Positions 10,362-19,738 of a stretch of DNA of 64,000 bases are shown here, one piece after another (the first letter of the stretch is position 1; each line of letters starts with the position of its first letter). Source of the DNA: an uncultured Poribacteria bacterium (GTDB lineage Bacteria; Poribacteria; WGA-4E; WGA-3G). Where the stretch lies: NCBI GenBank assembly GCA_951813565.1, contig OX638351.1, forward strand, positions 896,001 through 960,000. Reading direction: 5' to 3'. A program made the position numbers and the translations under genes. The notes under the pieces were generated by a model. It was not told the origin of the DNA and ran no database searches. It worked only from the letters and a program-made list of their open reading frames with translations.

Positions 10362-10942
10362 CAGAGGCATTCAATTTTCGTCTAATTATCCGTTTTAGTT
10401 GAAAAGTTGGGACCTAAAAATCGTTCCCAGATGCACGAATTGATTGTATTTTTCTTCTCATTTTATTGGAATCATCTCTTTAAAAAGTTACCACTTGGTA
10501 ACTTTTTTCATACCGTGGCAACTTTTTGAAATTCGCTATAAGCTCAGTATCTGTAGGGGTTTATAGACATTTTATTTAAGTTTTATATTTTTCATCTGCG
10601 TTGAGGAACACGGGTTTCCTTTTGCAGGAGATATTTTATTTTGGTAAGTTTTGTGTTGTCGTCTTTGCATTAGAGAGTTACTTTCGATTTTCGGTGTGTT
10701 TGGGGATCGGTTTTCTCTTTTCATACTGATATTATACCAAGCTCTGTGTAGTGATCAGAGGTTTTCGTGGTGTTAAGAACAATAAATATCCAATAGATTC
10801 ACAATAAGTTTGCAGGAAAAGTTGGGGTTGATACGTTTTTTGCATCTTGGATGAGCGTGCATTTTGTTGTCAGCATGGCGGTTGACGCGATTTTTTTCAG
10901 TTTTTGTAAAGGAAGAAATTATTGGAGAATTGAATGCCTCTG
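10362..10942. mobile_element. Non-autonomous 581-bp MITE / internally deleted IS
   Basis: 18-bp TIRs CAGAGGCATTCAATT(T/C)TC; 9-bp flanking duplication CTCTGTCAT at 10353-10361 and 10943-10951; no transposase ORF. Confidence 0.85.
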
Positions 10943-10953
10943 CTCTGTCATCA

Positions 10954-11084
10954 GGGTGTGTAAAGTTTTTGTCACTAGGTGGTTCTGTAGGGTGTGTAAA
11001 GTTTTTGTAGAAATCCGCCCTACAGTGGAAAACGCCGCGTAATCATTGCAAATTGAACCTATGTAACCAAATATTTACACACCC
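10954..11084. repeat. Small IR element with duplicated left end (GGGTGTGTAAA ... TTTACACACCC)
   Basis: AGGGTGTGTAAAGTTTTTGT at 10953 and 10989; inverted copy 11074-11084; related pair GGGTGTGCATAAA/TTTATGCACACCC at 23609/23964. Confidence 0.6.
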
Positions 11085-11101
11085 ATAATAAATTAAATAA
11101 C

Positions 11102-11130
11102 TTGACAAAATCTCCGAAAACCTATTTAAT
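11102..11130 (+). promoter_or_regulatory. Putative sigma70 promoter for ridA-fabV
   Basis: TTGACA-N17-TTTAAT. Confidence 0.5.
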
Positions 11131-11202
11131 TATGTAGGTTGACGTGCAAATATCATGTTTGCAGTACCTTAAATTTAGACCTATTGGGAGATATTAAAGG
11201 AC

Positions 11203-11664
11203 ATGAAAATAGAAAAACGACTTGAAGAATTAGGGATAGAATTACCACCCCCTGCGACACCCGTTGCTAATTACGTTACCACAGTTCAAACAGGAAATCT
11301 GGTTTTTACATCTGGACACGGCCCTGGTACAGGTGAGGGTAAAATCTATAAAAGCCAACTCGGCACAGATGCGACCATTGAAGAAGGATACGAATCCGCG
11401 CGTCAAGTTGCAATCGGGTTGTTAAGCACACTCAAACATGCGTTAGGCGATCTGGATCGGATTAAACGTGTTGTGAAGGTTGTCGGATTTATCAACTCCT
11501 CTGCAGATTTTACGGACCAACCCGCTGTCCTAAACGGTGCATCAGATTTCTTTGTTGAGGTTTTTGGCGATAAAGGCAAACATGCGCGCTCGGCAGTCGG
11601 CATGGTGCAATTGCCCGGCGGTATTCCGGTTGAAGTCGAAATGGTCGTAGAAATTGAGGATTAA
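11203..11664 (+). CDS. RidA/YjgF/UK114 family protein
   Basis: PVANYV, GNLVFTSGH, GKHARSAVG..QLP...PVEVE. Confidence 0.9.
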   Translation: MKIEKRLEELGIELPPPATPVANYVTTVQTGNLVFTSGHGPGTGEGKIYKSQLGTDATIEEGYESARQVAIGLLSTLKHALGDLDRIKRVVKVVGFINSSADFTDQPAVLNGASDFFVEVFGDKGKHARSAVGMVQLPGGIPVEVEMVVEIED

Positions 11665-11686
11665 CCCTTAAAAAAAGAAGGAAATA

Positions 11687-12880
11687 ATGGCAGTTCAAAT
11701 TGTTAAGCCTCGGATTCGTGGTTTTATTTGTACGAACGCGCATCCTGCTGGTTGTCAGGCAAATGTTCAAAGTCAGATAGATTTAATTAAAGAGAATACC
11801 TCACATAAGACGACAGGTTTAAACGCACTTGTTATTGGTGCGTCAACCGGTTATGGACTTGCCTCTCGCATTGCGTTGACGTGGGGATACGGGGCTAAGA
11901 CGTTAGGTCTCCTCTACGAACGTCCCGCTGATGACCGACGCACAGCGTCTGCTGGCTATTACAACACCTTTGCTTTTCATCAACAAGCACAACATGATGG
12001 CTTTTTTGCTCAGAGTCTCAACGGCGATGCCTTTTCGGATGAAGTAAAACACGAGACTATAGAACAACTTAAAGTCAATTTTGGCAAAATAGATGTTCTT
12101 GTCTATAGCATCGCTGCACCGCGCCGAATCCATCCGCGCACTGGCGAAACACATAATTCTGAACTGAAACCGATCGGTGAATCGTATACAGGTAAAACCA
12201 TTGATCTGAACAACGAAGTCGTTGCCCCTGTAACGATTGAACCTGCAACTGACCAAGAAATCGTAGACACAATCGCTGTGATGGGAGGTGAAGACTTAGA
12301 GATGTGGGTTGAAGCTTTAGCAGATGCCGAATTACTCGCGCCGGAAGTGGCTGTTGTCGCATATACCTATATCGGCAGTACATTAACCTGGCCGATTTAC
12401 CGAGATGGTACTATCGGCAGAGCAAAGGATGATTTAAAGGCACGCGTTGACGCGCTTGATGAAAAACTTTCAAATCAATTCGGTGGCAATGCGTATATTT
12501 CGGTTAACAAAGCTGTTGTTACGCAAGCTTCTGCTGCTATACCTGTTGTTCCGCTTTACATTAGTATCCTCTACGATATTATGACCGCAAAAGGTATTAA
12601 TGAAGCGCCGATTGGGCAGATGCGTCGATTATTCTCGGAACATCTTGGTCCTGGGTTAAAACCGCAACTTGATGGTGAACGTTATATTCGGTTGGATGAC
12701 AGGGAATTACGGCAGGATGTGACCGATGTGGTCACCGAACGTTGGGAACAGATTAATACCGACAATTTCCATGAACTCTCTGATTACACTGGCTACAGAC
12801 GACGTTTCCGCAACCTTTTTGGCTTTGAGGTTGAGGGTGTTGACTATGATGAGGCAGTGGAAACAGAATTAACATTCTAA
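11687..12880 (+). CDS. fabV: Enoyl-ACP / trans-2-enoyl-CoA reductase FabV
   Basis: KPRIRGFICTNAHPAGC, GASTGYGLASRI, YSIAAPRR, TWPIY..GTIG.AK, FGFEVEGVDY. Confidence 0.95.
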   Translation: MAVQIVKPRIRGFICTNAHPAGCQANVQSQIDLIKENTSHKTTGLNALVIGASTGYGLASRIALTWGYGAKTLGLLYERPADDRRTASAGYYNTFAFHQQAQHDGFFAQSLNGDAFSDEVKHETIEQLKVNFGKIDVLVYSIAAPRRIHPRTGETHNSELKPIGESYTGKTIDLNNEVVAPVTIEPATDQEIVDTIAVMGGEDLEMWVEALADAELLAPEVAVVAYTYIGSTLTWPIYRDGTIGRAKDDLKARVDALDEKLSNQFGGNAYISVNKAVVTQASAAIPVVPLYISILYDIMTAKGINEAPIGQMRRLFSEHLGPGLKPQLDGERYIRLDDRELRQDVTDVVTERWEQINTDNFHELSDYTGYRRRFRNLFGFEVEGVDYDEAVETELTF

Positions 12881-12931
12881 CAGTCCAATAACCGTAGGCA
12901 CGCTGTCAGTGGTGCTTCAATATATTTTTCA

Positions 12932-12988
12932 ATATTAGGTAAAGAGGACATAGCAACCGATTTACAAGCGATTTGCGGTGAATGTCAT
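12932..12988 (+). pseudogene. Short HNH endonuclease remnant
   Basis: Translates as ILGKEDIATDLQAICGECH, matching the C-terminal HNH motif LG.E...DL..LC..CH; no start or full ORF. Confidence 0.5.
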
Positions 12989-13113
12989 TATGCATTCTTA
13001 TGTTGTTGATGCACAACATAAGAATGCAATAAGTTCAATCAGGAAGAAGAAACTAAATAAACTTACGGGCAGAAGATCTGGCACTTTCAAAGACTTGCCC
13101 GCCACTTTATATC

Positions 13114-13599
13114 ATGTTTGAGATTTTAAGGGTCTTTTTGGGTATATTTTTCTTTTGCCTTTTTTACATAACTATTGCTATCGGTCCAACTCTTATTGAA
13201 AGATCTTATGATCTGTTAATCAGAAGAGTATTAGTAATTATTTGTTCTATTGTAAGTGGAATAAGTGCGGCTATAGTCGAAGGAATAATAACGGGACCAC
13301 CAGACGAAAGATTTTCAATAGCGGATCCGTGGTTTTGGTTTTTCATGGTGCCATTTATGTGCCTTTTTATGTTTGGTATATTTTGGATATGTGGATCTTG
13401 GCCCAGAGCTCTTAAAAAATTACAGAATAAATTGACCATTGAATACCAAAGATTGAAAAATCATGCACATTTGTCTCAAGAAATAATATATGATATTCTA
13501 CTAAAAAAAATGAGAAAATCCGAAAAAGACTTATATAGGATAGAAACGGATGGCTTTGGAAAGGTTTATATCTTTCCTCGCAATATACACATTACATAA
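13114..13599 (+). CDS. Hypothetical membrane protein (about 3 TM helices), AT-rich
   Basis: 161-aa ORF with three hydrophobic stretches. Confidence 0.6.
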   Translation: MFEILRVFLGIFFFCLFYITIAIGPTLIERSYDLLIRRVLVIICSIVSGISAAIVEGIITGPPDERFSIADPWFWFFMVPFMCLFMFGIFWICGSWPRALKKLQNKLTIEYQRLKNHAHLSQEIIYDILLKKMRKSEKDLYRIETDGFGKVYIFPRNIHIT

Positions 13600-13742
13600 G
13601 AAGCACCCCATGAACCTTATCAATCAAATTGTGTTACGCCAAACAAGTATACACACCTTTTATTAAATTAAACTGATGTGTCAATAATCACTGCAAATTA
13701 TTCCATAAATATATTTGCCTGCAATGGAAGAAGGATAGTATT

Positions 13743-15488
13743 ATGAGGCAGAATATGAATAGACGCAACTTCTTAAACATAGGGAATATAGTGGTTGGTA
13801 AGGTAATTCCTGCTGAACGGTTAGGCATTCCAGGTACGGAACAAGATTTAACACAACTATTGGAAACATTTAACTATGAAGATGTTTTGATAACTCTTTC
13901 CAGAATCAATCTCTTATTACAACGTACAGATAACCTTTTAGATGACGAAAATGATCTTAAAATAGCTTTTTGTCGTGGAACTATACTCAATGCAATTGAT
14001 GTTTGTCCAGACATAAGGAATGATTTCGTTTTCAGTCGACAAGGCACACTTCGCCTTTTAGACAAATGTGCATTAAATTCAGATTCACAGTCCACTTATA
14101 CGATTACAAACACAAAGGTAATGAACGATTTAGCTAAGGCATACCTAATTGTTAACGGATTACTTGATGCAGGTTCTTCTACTTTGAGCACATCAGAAGA
14201 TGAAGAAGAAAGGAACATGTTAGTTAATTCTATTCCTTTTCAAGAATATGCTACCAATGAAGCACCGCAAGTTTATACGAAACATTTAGTTGTCCGGACA
14301 GAGGAATTATTACGTCTGCTTCAGAAAGATACCTCAAAACTTGATGTAAACGATATTTTCTCTCAGAAAACTGGGTTGACATTACAAGATTACCAAAATC
14401 TCATTTTTCTCATAGTTACATTTTATTGGACTTTAACGTCAAAGGATATTCGCCTACAAGATCCATTAACAGGTAAATCTTTATTTTTCAAACCTAATAT
14501 ACATTCAGACGACCTCATACCACTATTTCAGAAACTACTACCACTTATATCTGTCTCAATAGACGAACTGAACAGTAAAGCAAATGAATATGCAAGATTC
14601 ATAGACGAATTCAGATTATGGCGGGACTATCCGCTTTTAAAAATAAATGAAAACACGACTATTTGTGTTGACTTTTCCTTCCTTTTGGAGAAAATTCAAT
14701 CTGGGGCATTTTGGCTCATCCGTAAGTGGGTCAGAGGCAGCAGTGAAGAAGGGACTTTTGAAGACTTATGGGGTGATGTATTTGAAAATTATGCTGCCTC
14801 TATAATTAAGCGAGGAATCAACTCCCAAAGTCCATCTATTCAAGAAAAAGTTATTGTTAATCCAAAATACGATCAAAAACCTGATGAAGAATGTGTTGAT
14901 GTTGCTGTTTGTAGTGATGATACCCTTACCTTGGTCGAATGCAAATCAACACTCCTTTCTGCAGCATCTAAATTTAGTGGTGATTTCAACAAATTTTATG
15001 ATGGTGCTAAGTCAGTAAAAAAAGGTATAGAACAGTTAGGGACGGCTATTCAGCATTTAGGAAATAAAGATGAAAACCAAAGGCATGTTGTCAAAGATAT
15101 TGACATCTGCAAAATAAAGAAGATCTATCCTGTTTTAGTCATTTCAGATCGGTTATTATCCTACTTATTTATGAACCAGGTTTTGAGTTCAAAATTTGAA
15201 GCCGAAGTTAAAAAGGAATGCTTGATGGAACATTTAGAGGTTATACCACTTACTGTATTGACAATAATGGATCTTGAATTATTAGAGCCTTATATACAAG
15301 ACAAACCGCTCAACGCACGCTTAGATGAATGGTTAGACTGGCTTGAAGAGAACCCTCGTATTGGTTTCACAGCATATATGCATGATTTGATCAACAGAGA
15401 ACAACGTAACAATCAGTTTATGGATCAGGGGTTTGCTCAATTTCATTCTGAAGGACAGAGGTACTTTTTGGAGAGAGGTATTAGTTGA
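13743..15488 (+). CDS. Hypothetical protein with C-terminal PD-(D/E)XK (NERD-like) nuclease motif, AT-rich
   Basis: GDVFENY...ECVDVAV...LTLVECKS...KGIEQL...IYPVLV. Confidence 0.65.
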   Translation: MRQNMNRRNFLNIGNIVVGKVIPAERLGIPGTEQDLTQLLETFNYEDVLITLSRINLLLQRTDNLLDDENDLKIAFCRGTILNAIDVCPDIRNDFVFSRQGTLRLLDKCALNSDSQSTYTITNTKVMNDLAKAYLIVNGLLDAGSSTLSTSEDEEERNMLVNSIPFQEYATNEAPQVYTKHLVVRTEELLRLLQKDTSKLDVNDIFSQKTGLTLQDYQNLIFLIVTFYWTLTSKDIRLQDPLTGKSLFFKPNIHSDDLIPLFQKLLPLISVSIDELNSKANEYARFIDEFRLWRDYPLLKINENTTICVDFSFLLEKIQSGAFWLIRKWVRGSSEEGTFEDLWGDVFENYAASIIKRGINSQSPSIQEKVIVNPKYDQKPDEECVDVAVCSDDTLTLVECKSTLLSAASKFSGDFNKFYDGAKSVKKGIEQLGTAIQHLGNKDENQRHVVKDIDICKIKKIYPVLVISDRLLSYLFMNQVLSSKFEAEVKKECLMEHLEVIPLTVLTIMDLELLEPYIQDKPLNARLDEWLDWLEENPRIGFTAYMHDLINREQRNNQFMDQGFAQFHSEGQRYFLERGIS

Positions 15489-15780
15489 TATCTCATAATA
15501 GTTACGCATAATACATCATAGTGCATCAAAATGCTGATTGATAAACACTGATTGTGTGATTAATTCACCTTGTTTCAACACAAAACAGAGAAAATTTGCC
15601 AACTAAACTGATTATTTAACGGAAGAATAAGCAAATCATCATAAAGAGTTACGTGTTTTCATGTCTATATAGGTGTTTTGTTGGTTGTTAGATTTTGAAC
15701 GATTTTGAGAAATATCAAACTTATTATTTCAAAGAGAATTCCGATAGAATTTCAATGGAATACAATTGAAGGAGAAACTT

Positions 15781-16503
15781 ATGTCACAACCTTTAGTTAC
15801 AGTTTGGAACGAATTTAGACACGAAAAAACGAACGAAAAGATCCGCAAACTTTACCCGAAAGGCATTCATACTGCTATTGCAGATGGGTTAAGTGAACAC
15901 GGTATTGAAACGTTAACCGCTACGTTAGATGAACCTGAACACGGTTTAACTGACGAAGTGCTGGATAAAACGAACGTATTGATATGGTGGGGACATGCTG
16001 CACACCATGCCGTTGAAGATGCTATCGCCGATAAGGTCCGAGCACGGGTACTACAAGGAATGGGACTTATTGTGTTACATTCTGGTCACTATTCCAAACC
16101 CTTTACCCGTTTGATGGGAACGTCATGTAGTCTCAAATGGCGCGAGGCAGCAGAAAAGGAACGTATTTGGGTGATTGAACATGGGCACCCGATCGTTGAA
16201 GGACTTGGCGAATATTTTGAAATTGAGCATGCCGAAATGTATGGTGAACCGTTTGACATTCCCGAACCCGACACGCTTGTTTTTATCAGTTGGTTCCCCG
16301 GTGGTGAGGTGTTCCGTAGTGGTTGTTGCTACTATCGTGGTAGAGGAAAAATCTTCTATTTTCGTCCTGGTCATGAAACATATCCGATTTATTACGATGA
16401 GAATGTCCGCCAAGTTATTGCGAACGCTTCGCGTTGGGCATCCCTTGGAGATGCACCAGTGCCTGTCTTTGGGAATGCCAAACCGTTAGAACCATTGAAT
16501 TAG
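15781..16503 (+). CDS. thuA: ThuA-like (trehalose utilisation) protein
   Basis: [56 protein letters not shown]. Confidence 0.9.
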   Translation: MSQPLVTVWNEFRHEKTNEKIRKLYPKGIHTAIADGLSEHGIETLTATLDEPEHGLTDEVLDKTNVLIWWGHAAHHAVEDAIADKVRARVLQGMGLIVLHSGHYSKPFTRLMGTSCSLKWREAAEKERIWVIEHGHPIVEGLGEYFEIEHAEMYGEPFDIPEPDTLVFISWFPGGEVFRSGCCYYRGRGKIFYFRPGHETYPIYYDENVRQVIANASRWASLGDAPVPVFGNAKPLEPLN

Positions 16504-16622
16504 AAAATTGCTATCAATGGACTTTTTGAGTCTGTCGGTTAAAATTTGAACTTCTTTGGTTAACACTTTGCTATACATGTATTGAATACATTACGCATTC
16601 TGAATTTTAAAGGAGATAAACC

Positions 16623-17345
16623 ATGGAAGATGCTAAAGCTAAGATTGACCAATTGCTACAAGACGGTTTCATATTATTAGAGGGTGCGTTATCACCTGAA
16701 GAAACCGAAAATATCCGTCAGCGGGTTAACTACGCGCGCGAACAGGGTTGGGAAGAGGGGTTGAACGCAGTCGGTAATATGTGGTTTGATAGTCTGCTTG
16801 ATCGTGAACCAGATACCTATGCACCACTTGTTGGGCATCCAAGTGTCCGTCCATATCTTGAGGGCTTAATGGGTAAACAGTGTCAACTTCGTAGTCTACG
16901 TGCCCATATCAATCCAGGTCCCTATCTACAGGAATGGCACATGGATTTTTACGGCTATTGGCACGAAAAGCGTTATGTTGAAGAACATCCGTTTGCAATG
17001 GCACCCGCTGGTATCAATACTACCTACTATTTTCAAGACAACGGTCCAGGTGAAGGACATCTCAAGTTTGTGAAAGGTGGACATATAAACGAACCGCCGC
17101 ATCTGTATCCGTTAGACCGTCCCAAATTTGAGGAGTGGTGTGAGGAACAAGAACACGTTATTCTGTATCCAAAAGCGGGTGATTGTGTCGTGTTCATCAA
17201 CCACATGCCACATCAAGGCGCAAAAGAACGTGATGATATGGAGCGGAGCAATGTTGTCTGCCATTATCAGGTTACACCGATGTATGATGGTGTTTGGCAC
17301 GTTTCACGTCCGCGCGGATATCAAGGCACCTTCCCGTTTGCTTAG
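16623..17345 (+). CDS. PhyH family dioxygenase
   Basis: DGFILLEGALS, WHMD, AGDCVVF.....HQG.......RS. Confidence 0.85.
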   Translation: MEDAKAKIDQLLQDGFILLEGALSPEETENIRQRVNYAREQGWEEGLNAVGNMWFDSLLDREPDTYAPLVGHPSVRPYLEGLMGKQCQLRSLRAHINPGPYLQEWHMDFYGYWHEKRYVEEHPFAMAPAGINTTYYFQDNGPGEGHLKFVKGGHINEPPHLYPLDRPKFEEWCEEQEHVILYPKAGDCVVFINHMPHQGAKERDDMERSNVVCHYQVTPMYDGVWHVSRPRGYQGTFPFA

Positions 17346-17426
17346 AACAATCCTCTCTGTTTTAGGGCGGATGTTGTATCCGCTTACATTCAATCTATTG
17401 GTCCAAATTTAAAAGAGGTGAAACTC

Positions 17427-18236
17427 ATGCGAAACTTTATAGTTATCTTCTTTACAACTGTATTTCTGGCAGCGAGTTTTCAAATTAGCAGCACAGCCGA
17501 TGAATTGGAAGGGTTAGTCGTTTATTTTGATTTTGAAGCTGGCGCAGGTAAAACCGTCACAGATATGTCTGGAAACGGACAGGAAGGAAAATTAGAAGGC
17601 GACACAGACTGGACCGACGGTAAATTTGGTAAAGGTCTCAATTTTGGTGGAAAGGACGGTATTGTACGGGTTGTTCATTCCCATCGATTTGAATTTACCG
17701 ATGGGCTCACTATTTGTGCATGGGTTCGTCCTACTTTAGAAGCCGGCCCGGGCACGTGGCAACTGATTGCAGCAAAAGGTCCCGATGTACAAGAGTTTTT
17801 TGAGGTGCTCCTCCATCCGGATGGCTATATATGGATGGGATGGAGAATGTCAGACGGACGTAAAGTGCCTGCGAAAAGTCCCGTTAAAATCGTAAAAGAT
17901 AAATGGCAGCACGTTGCTGTTTCATTTCAGACGGGAGAATGGTGGACAGTTTACCTTGATGGTGAAGTGCTAATTAATCATCCGAAGCAAGATGGTAAAT
18001 TAGTGCCTGTTGAATCACCGCTGTTACTGGGAACTGAGGAACCGCCCAACTTAAACCGCTATTATAACGGTGATATGGATGAGTTCGCTATGTTTAACCG
18101 TGGGCTTTCTCAAAATGAAATTAAAGAGATTCAGGGTGGGATTCAGGATATATTGGCTGTTGAACCTACTGATAAATTATCAACAACTTGGGGCACTCTG
18201 AAACGGAAGTATAGCATTCGTAGTGTGTCAAATTGA
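17427..18236 (+). CDS. Secreted LamG/concanavalin A-like domain protein with C-terminal AVEP.DKL.TTWG..K motif
   Basis: Signal peptide; YFDFE.G.G..V.D.SGN, GKFGKGL, W.HVA, VYLDG, GDMDE. Confidence 0.9.
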   Translation: MRNFIVIFFTTVFLAASFQISSTADELEGLVVYFDFEAGAGKTVTDMSGNGQEGKLEGDTDWTDGKFGKGLNFGGKDGIVRVVHSHRFEFTDGLTICAWVRPTLEAGPGTWQLIAAKGPDVQEFFEVLLHPDGYIWMGWRMSDGRKVPAKSPVKIVKDKWQHVAVSFQTGEWWTVYLDGEVLINHPKQDGKLVPVESPLLLGTEEPPNLNRYYNGDMDEFAMFNRGLSQNEIKEIQGGIQDILAVEPTDKLSTTWGTLKRKYSIRSVSN

Positions 18237-18341
18237 CAGACATTTTCAATATCTTCATTGAGATGATAACTGCCAATTTGACACACTAACAGTGTGGAAC
18301 TGTGTCTTGCTATTTCTTCGTAAGAGAATAGTGGGCGGGCA

Positions 18342-18748
18342 CCAAATCAAGAAATCAACGGTATGAACGACATTTAGTCATTCACCGGGTATGAATGCCT
18401 TTGGCAGAATACGCTGAATCAACGTCAAGCGCGCGTTTGGCACTTATCGGGTATCTGCATGATTTGACGAGTGTTAATTTAAGGCATGCAATCCCCGTTC
18501 ACATCGTAGGGCCAAATCAACGCCAAATGCGCTTTTTGGCATTTGGCGGGGTCTTCTGTGCCCCGCCATGTGTCAGGAACATGTCAAGCAACGGGCGGGC
18601 ACCAAATCAAGAAATCAACGGTATGAACCATGGCGAATGCCATACGGGGAATGCCAAAGGGCATTCATACCGTTGATTTGGCGCATTCGTCTTTAGTCAT
18701 TCACCGGGTATGAATGCCTTTTGGCATTCCCCGGAGACCCGCCCCTAC
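18342..18748 (+). repeat. Cluster of GTAG REPs interrupted by CCAAATCAA(C/G)-led hairpin modules
   Basis: REP halves GGGCGGGCA / CGGAGACCCGCCCCTAC are split by a module at ~18602-18731; GTAGGGC / GGGGTCTTCTGTGCCCCGCC is split at ~18513 (intact REP at 7741). Confidence 0.75.
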
Positions 18749-18858
18749 AATAAGGGTGAGGTTTGTAGGTTGTATTTAATAGCGTCCAACCTGAAATAAA
18801 TCCTTAAATTGATACCTATGGGTAGAACGTAGCGAAACCCAACGAAAAATCCTTAAAT

Positions 18859-19020
18859 AACGTGAGTTTGATAATTAACTGGACAGGCAAAAATTGAACA
18901 GAGAACGGGCATATTTGCTGAAAAAATCGTTATTTTGGTGTTTTTAACCCCCTAAATCCCCTTATCAGAGGGACTTTAAGAGGAAATGTGGAAGTTCTAA
19001 CTATTTATCAAACTCACGTT
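18859..19020. mobile_element. MITE, 16-bp TIR AACGTGAGTTTGATAA, 5-bp TSD TAAAT
   Basis: Perfect IR 18859-18874 / 19005-19020; TAAAT on both sides. Confidence 0.85.
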
Positions 19021-19095
19021 TAAATAGATGTCTATGTTGCGGTTAGAAAACCACAACTATTGGGATGTTCGCATATTTCAGAATTTACTATAATA

Positions 19096-19247
19096 ACCTA
19101 AGTTGCTACGGACAAGATTTCAAGCTTGTAGACATTGCTTTTTACTGAAAAACAAGGATTTCCAGCTAATTCTTATGCTTTCTTTTTTAAATCGGGGTTA
19201 GAAACCCCTCCTACAAGAGCATTCGCGATATAGGTAGCAACTTGGGT
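19096..19247. mobile_element. 152-bp MITE, TIR ACCTAAGTTGCTAC/GTAGCAACTTGGGT, 7-bp TSD TATAATA
   Basis: Near-identical copy at 50244-50395. Confidence 0.9.
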
Positions 19248-19667
19248 TATAATAACCTAAGTTGCTACCTATGTAGCACAAACTTTATGAAGATTAACTT
19301 ATTCTTTTGGTAATTTCTGTCCGTACGAGGCAGATGTGCCCGCTGCTGGCGAGGTTTCCTAACCTCGCTAAATTACCGATTTATTTTCTTAAACTTCATT
19401 TATAATGAACTTTAGAATTAACAGGACATTTTGAGTTGTGAATCAACGCCAAATGCGCGTTTGGCATTTGGCGGGAGGGAACTCCGATTCCCGACTATCA
19501 GTGAATTTCATCGCGATTCGGAGATCGCTCCTACAGAAAGTGTGCCTCTTTAATTTGAAGGTTCACCATAGTTTGTGCACTATTAGACGCAAACTAAAAG
19601 TTTGCGCTACGATATTTCACGTTAGGTTATATATTTCACGTTAGGTTATAATTGAAGAGATAGATGT

Positions 19668-19682
19668 TGGCACAGATATTGC
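19668..19682 (+). promoter_or_regulatory. Sigma54 (-24/-12) promoter upstream of dnaK
   Basis: TGGCAC-AGATA-TTGC, 57 bp before the dnaK ATG. Confidence 0.65.
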
Positions 19683-19738
19683 ACTTATATTTTTAGCAAA
19701 TTATACAAACAAAACAATTTATACTATTGGAGATTAAA

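Noticed and set aside
18395..18676. 93-aa ORF (also 19438-19644, 22068-22253, 61255-61470)
   Set aside because: Spurious frames through repeat clusters.
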